DNA of 63,343 bases, counting the filler, from Choristocarpus tenellus KU-1152 (Eukaryota > Protista > Phaeophyceae): assembly GCA_964200185.2 (NCBI GenBank). It is 11 parts of 11 records of this genome, joined end to end, with 100 filler letters (N's around TTAATTAATTAA, not from the genome) between each part and the next. Parts side by side here need not be neighbours in the genome. Positions count along the whole stretch, not along the records: positions 34,230 to 39,925 come from CAXNAD020009979.1; positions 40,026 to 42,562 come from CAXNAD020026958.1; positions 42,663 to 49,599 come from CAXNAD020007016.1; 8 more parts are not named here. One strand, written 5' to 3'. Both the position numbers and the translations under genes were made by a program. This document shows, in pieces, positions 37,101 through 49,340 of the stretch (positions are counted from its first letter, which is position 1; each line of letters begins with the position of its first letter). A model generated the notes under the pieces. It saw only the letters and a list, made by a program, of their open reading frames with translations. It did no database searches and was not told where the DNA came from.

Positions 37101-39619
37101 TTGTGCGTGTTAGAGGCTGAGGCAAGGAAGGGTCAAGCAATGGAATACAAGGTTTGTCGGTGGTAGTGAGGGAGGCCCAACCCAGCCAAAGGCAGCACAA
37201 TGAAGAAATGGCTAATGAAGTTGACGTGGTCGATGCAGTTGGGAGATGTCGATGCGTTGGCAACTAGAGATGAGTGATTCATCCAAGTTATTTGGGAGAG
37301 TGAATGGTAAATGGCAACGCAGTAGAACGTAGGTGTACGATAGGGAGCAAAGAATAGGTCAATACTTGAATTACTTTCATGCGGTATTTGTAAGTTATTG
37401 GGGACCCTATCAAACTGTCTTCTGTTATGTCAAGTGTATGGGTGCACACCTTCCTTGCTATATGGATAAAGTATTGATACACGGAAAATAATTTTGAAGT
37501 GCATGCGAGGAAGCAAGGACCTCTTACATCCATGTATGTCTGTCTGTGTGTGTATGTGCTAGTATGAATATATATATATATGTACAAGGGGAAGAGATTG
37601 ACAATTGCTACTGTAACAGCTGCAAATTATTCAAATATATCTTGCCACAGACTCTGACATTTTTTTGGACAGCTGACGTATGAGTGAGAGACTGGAAGAC
37701 AGCAAATGACCGTCTCATTAAGTCCTTGCTTGAGATCTTATCTGAACTTACATCTATTTTCAGATATAGTACACATTTCGAGACTAAGAATAAACGTTGA
37801 GTGATGACCCAATCCACTTCACTGCAGCATTACCCTCCCACTACCTACTACACTGTACTCTGTACATTATAACTTATCTGGACTACTCACACCCACCACT
37901 CCACAAAAAGAAGAATAGGGGAATGATGCTCTTTATTTTCCTGAGGGAAGAGAGCGGACTAAATTGGGGCACAAGACAAGACAAGGGGCAACACATCCCA
38001 GTCTCAGAGAGCAAGTATGGCATCTTCAAGGCAGTAGGACGGTGTCCATCACCCCTTGTGTCAAGACCTGAACCTTCTTCCTCAAAACAGCTTCTTTTGT
38101 TCTTGCCAAGGTTCTAACGCATTGCATATAGTAGTATGCCCTCTGCAGTTTTGACTGTATACCGTGGGTCGGGCTAATGTCTCAACAACTATCAGGGCCA
38201 CAAGAAGACGCTCTCTTTGATACCTTGCAGGGCAATATTTGATGGGCAGTATGTAGTACATACTTCAACATTCTTGGTGTGCTCTGTCCCTAGGAGACAC
38301 CCAAGAGTCAGAATGAATAGGGGCTTCATTGTCACCCAACCCATCTCCACACCACAATGAAGGTGTTTTTCATTTGGAAATCAACTACATGACTGATGCG
38401 GCAAATGATGTATGACTCTTCAAAATCCACCACCATCATTATCCCGCTGTGTTTTGATGCCCCCCTCTGCGGACTAGTGGCAACATCAGACGAGAAGTAG
38501 TATCAGACACGGATAAGAGTGAGGCCTCACTTTTTGGAACCCCCTTAACCACCGTGAAAATGTCGGGCTAAATGGTGATCGTGCACATGTGTGTTCATCA
38601 ACAATTCCCCAGAAATCGCTCTTTCCTATTCCTGTGCCTGCATCACCTCCAACGACTCCATGGCAGTCTTCTCATTGTGAAGTCATCCTCCCAGGACCCA
38701 ACCCAATCCATCACCAGAACTTCATAAAGGCATTTATTATTTTCTTTCCCCCCAGACACCTTGGCTGCGTCCTCTAGCCTCAGCACTACCTCCTCCTGCT
38801 ACCATATTCTGAAGTTCGTATACAGATATTGGATGAGGTTAATTGAGAGGTATGCAATAGTTGTTGCCTCTTGTCACTCAACAAATATGTTTCTCGTTGT
38901 ATGTGCACATTATCTTTTTTGTTAATTTTTTTCTCAGTAACCCTAACCTTAACTATTTTCAACATATATATATTTTTTCTCCTTTTCTAGGTAACCCTGA
39001 CCCTATTATTTCTTATGCATGATATACCATTGAGGCTAAAAGCCTCAAGTCAAGTCAAATACACTATACAATGACAAAGGGTATGCGCTTTATTTTTACC
39101 TGGAGACACCAGGGAGATGGGCAAGGAGGGGCTTGTTAGATCCGTGAGATTCCTTCCTAGCCCCTCACCCTGGGGTACAGGAATAGGATTGAGACACAGG
39201 AAGGCAGTAGCACAACATAGATACGAGTAGTAAAATAGGAAATTTATTACCATTTTTCACTTTTGTGAGAACTATTACTTCCTTAGAGATTTTTCAGACA
39301 TGTAAGTAGTCTTCATTAATATTTCCCCTGGCACATCTGCAAAACGTCTGAGGGCATAATAACAAAATGATAAAGAACATATGAATAGACCCTAAATACC
39401 TACTCTCATTGTAGCTAGGTCTTGAACAATTTTGGCATGTGTACGAATATATTGGTTACTGACATTTGTAAATATGTGAAGGCATGAATTAAATCAAACC
39501 TGTTGCTATAACATTTTACACATTCATCTCGCATCATGCCATATGTTAAGAACAGATCATTTCCCAATATAGCAATTCTACAAAAGAAGATGAGCAAAAA
39601 CCCTAGACTTTATAATCAA

Positions 39620-39621
<2 letters not shown>

Positions 39622-39652
<31 letters not shown>

Positions 39653-39805
39653 TGTATGCATGTATGTATTATGTATGTATGTATGCATGTATGTATTATG
39701 TATTATATGTTTATGTATGTATGTATGTATGTATTATGTATTATGTGTTTATGTATGTACGGTATATATATGTATTATGTATTATGTATTATGTACGTAT
39801 ATATT
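39622..39805. repeat. Compound (TATG)n / (TATTATG)n microsatellite
   Basis: Seen directly in the sequence. Confidence 0.95.
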
Positions 39806-40639
39806 TATAGATTGTAGAAAAGAGCTAGGGTTGGACTGTGCAATATCCCCTCCATCCATCCCCCTCTCCCCCCCACCCCATCACCTCACTTCTCCTGTTG
39901 ATCATAACATGCGATTAAGCAACAGNNNNNNNNNNNNNNNNNNNNNNNNNNNNNNNNNNNNNNNNNNNNTTAATTAATTAANNNNNNNNNNNNNNNNNNN
40001 NNNNNNNNNNNNNNNNNNNNNNNNNCCCCCCAAGATACATTGACCCTTGCACCTGAAACCAAGGGCTCCACACACTGCACATCTTTTTTCTGACCTGCAA
40101 CAACTTGTTAAGCAACTTCACAGCTCCAAGAGTCACAAAATAGAGTGAAAAGTAACTTCAAGACAATGACAAGCAAGTAGTCATTCCTTCTGCCTTCACA
40201 TCTGACAGTGCTACTTGTAGTACTGGTTGGTATCAAGCAGGAAAGTGCATCAAAACTGTTCTAGTTCTCATTATTGTGATGCAGTGTGTCAATATCAAAG
40301 AGTGAACTCGACTGGGGTAAAATGGCCATGTCTACTTCAATTTCCACCTCCTGACCCCCTTCAATAGTTTATTTTTGACACTGGACATCAACTCATACAA
40401 TCTTGGACTGTTGGTACATGTTCTGGGTAGAGGGCAGCAGCACACCTGTGAATATTAAACTTACTAGCCTAGAAAATACCTTCTCACTGATTTTAACACA
40501 CCTCATGTCACAGGCAACAACATTGTATAAATAGTAGACAAATTTTGGGCTAGATATTTCGACTATTAGTCGAGGTAGTGAACTCTGCTGGTTGATAGGT
40601 GTCGAAAAAGGTGCACAAATAGCAATGGATCGTACGCTA

Positions 40640-42050
40640 ATTCTACCAGAAAAAATGAGAGCTTGCTATTGTACAATCTAGGTGTCGTGCAACACTAACT
40701 CACATGCCGATATGTTTTAAAACAAAAACAGTGAACAAGTCATTTTATTCTTTCCACTACCTAACTCCCACTTAATTGTCTTGGTGGCACTATTGTCACT
40801 TGTGTTTTGCATTATGAATTCCCAAATTTCCTTACGAAAATAGACTTCTGACCTTGTCCTGATGTCCAGTACATAGCGTGATTGGTAGAAGCAAATGAGA
40901 GACCAGGTGCCAAACACCAAAAAAAACGAGGAGGTCACAAGCCTGAACCAAGCAAAGCCTGCAATAGAAGTAGAGACAACGAGGTCGATAGGAAACACGG
41001 AAGGGCCCAATGGACATAATTGATAAAAATATGTGGCGTGTGCATACACAATTTCTCTCCCTTCTCTCTCTCTCTCTCTCTCTCATTCCTTCTCTCCAGG
41101 TAGGAGTTACTCATGGACAAGTTATAGCAATCCGCCAAGATCTCACCTTTGTCCTGTCCTCTCTCTTGACCCCTGCCAAAACAAACGGGTATATTTGAGA
41201 TCGCCCTGTCCTGATCTCTTGGGTGAAGAACTCTCAACATAAAAACATCACCCATTATCCATCTCGTCTACTGCAGGATCTAATCACTGCCAGTACATGA
41301 GAGTGAATCACCCTCACCACAACGCATTCCAGAGCACTATATCTTGCTTCTTGCTCCTGTATCTCTCATTCACCCCTTCCCCCCAAAGTTCTCTCGCATC
41401 TCTTAACTCAGTATCTTGGTTTTCCTTTTCACGTTCTAGGGCGTTCCCCTCCAATCGAGCATTCCCACAAGAACCAGTTGAACTCATTTTGACATATATC
41501 GTGAGTCCCCTCACCTCTGAAAGATTTCAAATCAACATATTGTTGTTAAGACATCTACGACTGGAATTACCTTCGACCGAATTCCAAGATACACAGGGGT
41601 CAATTCAAAAGGCACTAACAAGCTGTCTCACGAACTTACCCTTCTCTAATTCTGTGACCTCTGGAGGGCCAAACTCCAACCACGGCATGTCACCGCCCGA
41701 GTACCCGCCATAGTTCCCTCCCCCGTATCCCCCATAGCTTGCCCCAACGGCGGATACCTCATCGCCCCCTCCACTCTCGCCGTAGAAAGCATCTTCACGT
41801 GGGAGAGTCATGGCAAAGGAAACGTTATCAAGGGCCAAACAAAGGCTATATTGACCTTCCAATACATTATTGAAAGACCGAGCCTGCACATCAGGTAGCA
41901 GGGTAGCATCCACACTGAACCAGCTTTGTTATCAGTGTGGGGTTTTTTTAAACTTACCAACGATGGCTTCATTGTATTCCATCGTAGCCAATAAAGAATG
42001 ATAAAGACGATGAGAAGAATCCTACCGTCTCTATTATGGACGGTGTTCAC
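40640..42050 (-). CDS. Hypothetical multi-exon membrane protein; exon structure not fully resolved
   Basis: Several open segments bounded by splice sites (~41913-41640, ~41517-41319, ~41267-41112, ~40957-40853). They include a GGY-rich linker and the hydrophobic helix AWFRLVTSSFFLVFGTWSLICFY. Confidence 0.4.
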
Positions 42051-43412
42051 CTCCAGGTCACCGTCGAGTCACGACAAGTGAATTCTAGCATAAGATTGAG
42101 TTCGACGGAAGTAAGGTTGTAGTGCTTTCAAAAGCATCCATTCGCATTGTTATTGAGGTAAGACGTACCATCTGCAAAGAGGCTATGGAAATAGATCGGA
42201 AATGTAAAAATGAACCGGATAGTAGAGTGGCTGACTGACATACTCTTTACAACATAAATAATGTTATAAAGCATAATAGTATATATAATGTACCCTAATA
42301 CCAGTTCAACTTTCACATCCAATGTATATATGTGGTGATGATACGAGAAAACCGTTCGACCTTCATTTTATTTTCGTTGATATTTGAATGAACGGCACAA
42401 CAATGGACAGTGTATGATAGAGATGGGAAAATGGAGGATCAAGTCGACCGACAAAAATATCATTACAGTACCTACCCCGATTTTGTGCACCCATGGGCAT
42501 GCCCGAAAAAAGCGGCACAGAATTGATGTGGTACAATATCGGTTTTGTAGTAATTAGGGTTANNNNNNNNNNNNNNNNNNNNNNNNNNNNNNNNNNNNNN
42601 NNNNNNTTAATTAATTAANNNNNNNNNNNNNNNNNNNNNNNNNNNNNNNNNNNNNNNNNNNNGGACGTCGACACCCCCCCCCAGATACTTGACCCATGCA
42701 TGAATACTCAGTTGTGTATTATCATTATCTACTCATTCTCTTTGTGTATGGTTCGTAGATACCAATAAAAACGTAATACTTCAAGTTGCGGTATGCTGGA
42801 AATCCTTCACTGCTCCTGCCTCACTTTCCAGCACAGTTTTTCCAACCAACTTCACACTATTTTCATCGTTGACACTGTCCGTGTTGCTTACCAGGTGACC
42901 TACCCCAGACATCATGGGCACTATGTACCCTTCCTTGTAGTAGCAAATGCTGCAAGCATTATGGCTCATGTGCTTCCTGCATGTTTCTCACGGTAATAGT
43001 AATGGTATGGTGCCAATCACACCAAAGTCGTCGCATCCAAGCAAGGGTGAATAAGAGGAGCAAAAATTACAACAGGAATATGCACTGCATTCAAAGATAA
43101 AAGTTCACAGCAAACAGCATCTTACCAGCAATGATACTTCATGTTTATCAGTGCCTTTCTCCATACAATAAACACATACACACAGAGAGTACTCCAGACA
43201 CCTCAGTGGCATGTAGTTGCAGGGTGATGAAGCTCAAACTGAAGTTTCTTGGTTTCTGTTGTATTATTTGGGGTTCTTACACGATCTATTTATGTCAATG
43301 AGAAATTGCATGTGTGTGTGCTCTTACATGCAATAGCTACATATAAAATAAAATATATGGGATGGATCAGAGGAAAAGCATTTCCCTCCACTGAGGAAAA
43401 AGGGACGCTAAG

Positions 43413-43670
43413 GAGTGAAAGTATCTAAGAGGGTACGAGTTTTCCCCTGTTTGTCCATTTGGGGCTTTGCTTCCCACAGGTTTTTAATGACATTCAACCT
43501 ACTACAAAATGTTTCGGAGTAGGTAAAATGTATACGTTATGAAAGGTGTGTCGGACAGAAGGATGTTGGTATCTCCTAACAAACATGATAGTCAAATTTA
43601 CATCAAAATGGCAACATTGGATTTTGGCCCCCAAATGGACACAGCTCTACCCTCTAAGATACTTCAACTC
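43413..43670. mobile_element. MITE family 2, full copy
   Basis: TIRs GAGTGAAAGTATCTAAGAGGGTA and TACCCTCTAAGATACTTCAACTC with TAAG on both flanks. A colinear copy lies at 56100-56334 and a right end at 28030-28084. Confidence 0.8.
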
Positions 43671-43726
43671 TAAGGATGGCTGCATCATATTGCCTGCACT
43701 AGGGTTTGCAGCATCTGTGCTCTCAC

Positions 43727-46303
43727 TTACACATTCTGCATGAGGAACCTGACTAGATGCTGTGCTGCTTTTTCCTTAGCGAACTTCAGAGATGAGCCAA
43801 TCCCTCTTCCCTCGGCCACAACTCTCTTCTTAGTATGGGTAGACTCTATGACCTTGCATGAAGCACCAAGGGTGGGCAAGTGCGGCGGGCCACTAACTTT
43901 CCATCCATTGTACTCCACCTTGTAAAGAGGTGAACAAACCATAATAGCTTCATTTAGGACAGACCGGGCACACCCATTGTGGAGAGCCTTCTGAGATATT
44001 TCAGTCACAAATGATATCCACTTTGGACAACTTTCAATGGTGCGATCAATGAAGGGCCCTGCACCTGCACCACTACCTGATGTCCTTGCTTTTACTATGC
44101 CTGACTCTAACTTAATCTCAGCATCTACTTCCATGCCTGTCCCAGCATATCTTGGCACCCCTGAAACTGATGCTGCAATGCGGTCCAGTGCTAACAGCAT
44201 ATTGCTCTCACGAAGACATAGAGTTCGTACTTGTTCCTGGTCAGCACCGGCACAAGTGCGACTAAGGCCCACAAACTGACACTTGTTCCTGCATCTGATA
44301 CGCCCTCGGAGCTGTATAAGTTCAGTACCACTCTTGGGCAGGCTGGTGCAGATGACAAGGCCACACGCCTTAATGTCAATCCCCTCTCCACAAACTGAGG
44401 TTGAAACGAGAACATTAGATTTTCCTGAAGAAAACTTGGAGAGGGCAACCTGCTGCTCTAACAGTGTCATCTCCTGAAGGCCCACAATGTATGTGGGACA
44501 TATAAGAGGCTTCAGCTCAGGTATGCTCAGCAGCATCTGTGGAACCCTTTCTGCCAAATCCCGGGTTGACACGAAGATTAGTGCAGAGAACAGCAGTCCT
44601 TCCATCTTGCATCTACTGTGATGGTCTACCAGCAGTTTTGCCACTTCTTTCAGCTTGGAGCCCTCAACCACACGTCTGCTGTGCTCACCTATATTCTGGC
44701 AGTCGCTGTTTTCCAACTCCTCATCTTCCAGCTCTGGCAAGTGACTGAGTCCTTCCTCCAGCATTTCAGTTATTCCCAAGATGATTTCTTTGCCTTCGTC
44801 TCCATCCTCCCCTTGGTCCCACACAAGAGAATCATTCACAAGAGTATCTCGAAGCCACCGCCAAGGGTATTCTCCACCCACCTCATCAAGGAGGAACGAG
44901 AGGTTCAGAAGTTTCATTAGGTGGTCAAATGCACTCTGTTGACCCACGGGGAGTGCACCATTCCAATCTTCCCTCCCACCCACACAGGCACTGTCTCCAC
45001 CACTCCCCTCATGACTACCTACATCACCATCCAATGGTAGGATCAAAGATGATTGTTTGCTCACACACGAATGAGGTCCTCCATTCACTTTCCTTGTCCT
45101 TGCAAATGCTCGCTGAAGGAGGGCTCTGTGTTCCTTGTCAGGGAATCGTAGAGTCAATCCTGATCCAGGCTCCCGGTCAAAGGCTGAGGTGGACGCTGGC
45201 AAGTGAAGTAGCGCCTTTGCAACAGTAGAAACCTCGGAACCAACAGGAGCTGCACTTGCAATTCTTCCCACTATGAGCCTCTCAAGGTTGCCAAGGAGAA
45301 GGCGCTCCTCTGGAGTAGGGTCAACCCTAACAAGGTCCAGCGAGGCAGCTGGCGATCTTTCTTTCACTTCTGCTATTCTTTCGACTGGAACAACTAAATC
45401 TGCCTCCAATCGCGCCAACAGCTTCTGAATCTTGGTGACAGTCTTCCCAACAGTCATCTCCCCTGCTGGGGATGCGGTTAGGGCAATGATTTTCATCATG
45501 GGGGAAGGAAGGGATACAGAGAGAGACTGGTTCCCGAGGTTTTCTCCCACTCTCCTGTCTACCTTTACCCTTTTGCTTTTGCTTTTCCTTTTCTCCAAGA
45601 AGAGACCCTTAATTACTTTGTGGTAAGCGTGCTCCTTGCTGCAGTGATGTGCCTCATCCAGGACAAGGCAACATATGTCAGCTAGATCCAGAAAGCCCTG
45701 GCCAATCGGGGGGAGAGGGACCAATATAAAGTCTTAGAAATCAATTAATTAGCCCTTCCACCAGGGTATCAGGGCTTGGATGAGGCAAGTCAGTCCTACA
45801 ACGGTACCCAGTTAAAGACATGAAACACTCTGCACTACGACCGCGTTCCACAAAACCTTTCGTAAAGGGCGCGACTAGCGCAAAAGCTCCAAAACTTTTG
45901 GACGCACATGGGTCATGGCATGTTCAAAGCCCCCTGCCGTCGCAACAACAATGCTCACACCACTCTTTAGCATTGCAGGTGCACTATCCATCGTTGACCC
46001 TGAGAGGAGTTGAACTGGGGGAGAAGCTGCAGTCTCCACCTGCAGTTTATTGACTTGTTGGATCGCTAGAGCATTGGTCTCCACGATGAAGAATGCCTGA
46101 CAACCAGGATTGAGTTGAAGCATCTGCTGGATCACCATTGTACCCACAAGAGTCTTTCCAAGGCCAGTAGGGAGGTACACCAGGGAGTTCCTCTCGTTTT
46201 CCACGACCTTCCGGAAAATCTCACATTGATAACTCCGTGGTGTTGTCTTCGTAAGTCCTTTCCCACATCCGTCCTCTAGCCCATCGTCTTGAACATCTTC
46301 CAT
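43727..46303 (-). CDS. RIG-I/Dicer-type SF2 DExD/H helicase with C-terminal dsRNA-binding domain (~788 aa if two exons)
   Basis: Exons 46303-45908 and 45697-43727. Motifs PRSYQ, LPTGLGKT, DEAHH..KEHAY, LTASP, ALIFVSTR, STSVCGEGIDI..C, QLRGR. dsRBD: ARSVLNE..GPPHLP..GRGIGSSLKFAKEKAAQ. Confidence 0.85.
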
Positions 46304-46615
46304 GATGGATATTGCTCCACCTATACACTTGCTAGAATTACACCATTCTCTGGTTCACAACCATCATCTCCTTAAATTAGAGTGTACATGAGTTGTATGC
46401 TTTTCCAACACAATAAGCAAGGTATCCCCAAGGTTAATTGATTAAATATTAATGGACTAAGTATTGTATCGAAAAATCAAAAATAATATATTAATATGTC
46501 AAGTCGTATATGTATTCAAGAACATACGACAGCTACAATACTACTGTTTGCAAACAATAACCTTCACTTCTCGCATTGACAGCCCATCAATCCCTTGTTC
46601 ATTACCTTCGCAGCC

Positions 46616-47633
46616 ATGCCAAGGTGCTTGTGCCCTTTCGTTATGGTATTCGTAGTGTGCCATTTATATTGCAGATTGGGTGCGTCGGCAGGGAGTACTT
46701 ACGGAGCTGGAGTCGTGATCGTACGCCCATTTGAGGCGAAGACTCACCAGGTTACAGTCGAACCACAACAGAGGTTGCCTCGTATCGGAAGCCTCCATCG
46801 TGTTTGGGGCGTCAGAAGCCATTCCTCCTTTGAAAGGGTGAGTGAAATGTATTGTTTTCCTCTTGTCTGCGATGCTAGATATTGTGGGGACTGACTGGTG
46901 CTTGGGATTGGCATAGTGCCATCAATAGAGATGGGGGTGCACAACTCCCAAGATCTTAGGTACAGCTGTATTTTTTGGCATAGTACTTCGGCGGGGTGAT
47001 TGGATGTCAAACCATATCCACTGCAAGTGGGGGAGAAGATTGCGCATCAAAGGTGCCTCTAGCAATTGCAATAATCTGTTTAGGGAATGATGTGGCTCGT
47101 AACGAGGAAGGGCGCTGTCGATGTTGGAGTCGGGTTCGCAACTCCTTAAGCACTGTAAAGGTATGGTAAACCTCGGCCATCCTAACGAACCTACTTAACT
47201 GCTGCTTGCCAACTGTGTTACGTAGTTTCTATGATTACCCTGACTTAGTAGAAGAGATGACGAGCCCGAGGCTACTTGGAACACGTGTAATGTTTACGCT
47301 TGAGCCATTTTTGGAATGCCCAAGTCTCCCTTCCAAGTTGCAGCTATCCATTTTTTCGGCCGTAAGATCACTGCTCTACTTCTGGCAACAAATAAACTAC
47401 TTTTCATACACCTTGCCATCCCCACTCCATAGGTGCAATGTCTTCGAGGTGGAGGGAAGGAAGAGGAGGATGACGAGGAGGGAGATGATTGGGGGGATAT
47501 GGGCAGATTCGGGGACGAGGACGAGGACGACGAAGATGGTGTTGAAGAGGGCGACTATGGGGAGGCGGGGTTCTTAGGCAGGTTGAAGCAGGACTGGTTG
47601 AAGACACCTATCATCACCAAGACTTTCTTTAGA
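46616..47633 (+). CDS. Derlin (Der1)-like protein with bipartite presequence, 5' exons
   Basis: Phase-0 exons 46616-46837 and 47433-47633 encode a hydrophobic signal peptide, a basic segment ending LRGG, an acidic tract, and W..TPIITKTFF, which resembles the Derlin N-terminus. Confidence 0.5.
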
Positions 47634-49309
47634 GTGAGTTGTGAGTGTTGGCATGTGTTTTGCGCGAATAATATTGGAGAGTAGTGTGTGATGAGTTGGT
47701 AGGGTATTGTCTGCTTCCTTCTCACGACACTTGGGGCATGCGCATGCTATTGCATTTACATTCCCACTTGAAATACCCACCTACCCCTCTACACACACAC
47801 AGTGTGACTGTAGGTGTACAGTACTGTATAGATATGAACATTCCAGGACTTGAATACCCAGCACTCCTGGAATATCACTGTAGCCTTCAATTCACGATAA
47901 ATAAACACAATCTTAATCAATGGCATTTACTACTGTACCTTGGATCACTCCATATCCTAAGCGTAATACACTTCACAAGTTTCTGTGCTGAGCTGTGCAC
48001 CATCTAGTGCAATACAAAATATGCTTTGCCCTTGACTCTCCACCATAGCACAGCTGGTCAACTTCAGTTTCCGTCGGGTGGGCTTAGAACCGATCTTATT
48101 TACCTTTTTCAGGTACAAGATACACTTTTCGCAATGAGGTAGATGGAAGTGAATTTCAAAGTCATGTGAACAGGTTAATGTTGACTTCCTGGCTGCTGTG
48201 AACCCTCCTCTGCTACTCACTCATACTATGTGTACCACACTACTCATCATATACTGCAGACTATTCTTTGCCTGAAATTTTGTACCACGTACATGTAGTG
48301 TGAACACCTCATTGCGCAGCCTTTGTACTTCGTCCTGGTGTCTGTGGTTACACTAGACTTGTCCTGTGTTCCACAGCACACAAGTGTGCACACTGTATCC
48401 CATTCTAAAGTTGGCACAGCAATGTGAGATGTGGATACTGCAGTAGGGCTGCTGCATCACACACAACGAACGTGGTGTGGTAAATGCAGCATCGCACAGT
48501 TGTACTAGAGGGGGAATGATTTGAGTGCATGTAACAGTATCAATAGTAGTAAGTATGAACTTTGGATCATTATCGAGGCCGTCTGATGTGCTATACAGGC
48601 GCACACTGTTGTACACTGTATTTCAGGGTGGCCCAAGAAGTGCAGTAGTGTGAGTCTCTTTTTAATGAGGTACTTCCCTGTACAAACCTTATCGTTGGAG
48701 TGTTTGATTTGACAAGAGGAAACATTTTGCCCCGTCAAGAATGCACAGCAACCGCTTGCCTGGGTGTGTGTGAGAAATGTTTGAATAGTGTTGGGAGAAG
48801 TTTGAGCTTAATATTGTTCAATCCATCGGTTTTTTGTGCCTACTGGAGAGATGTACTTCTCCAAGTTGAAGTGTGTTTATACACTATTCACCCCTCAGAG
48901 AGATCATGGGTGTCCCTGTTGCTGTTGATTTTATTTTCAGAGCAATTAGTTTGCCTTTCTAATTTTGTGATCTGTTGTAGATGAGGGTTCTGGGGTTGCA
49001 TTTCGGATTGGGTTTTGTTGGCAAAAATGTGCCTTGGTGCCCTGTAAACCAACAATGAAGAGCCTACTGTATGTCGCATATGTAACACTCCCCATTAGAT
49101 CAGTATTAGAGTTGTGACACTGTGCTGTTACTTACACTGCACTTCTCATTCTACCTGCATTCTGATACTCCATGCATTTCACTGCAGCGGGGTCCTACTA
49201 TACAGTATAAACCAAAATGTTGACAATATTGCTTTTTTCCAGAAACCGTGACTTGTTTGAAAAGATAAAGGCTACTCTTTTAGAACACCTCTTCATCACT
49301 CCTCCCCCA

Positions 49310-49340
<31 letters not shown>

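Noticed and set aside
39536-39977. MYVC-repeat ORFs, also the CV/ER-repeat ORF at 27573-27761 and the poly-Pro ORFs at 9695-10003
   Set aside because: They are translations of microsatellites or homopolymers.
43727-46303. FANCM/Mph1 DNA helicase (shares LPTGLGKT)
   Set aside because: Motifs III and VI (LTASP, QLRGR) and the dsRBD favour the RLR/Dicer clade, and the FANCM-type SATPG and QRMGRTGR motifs are absent.
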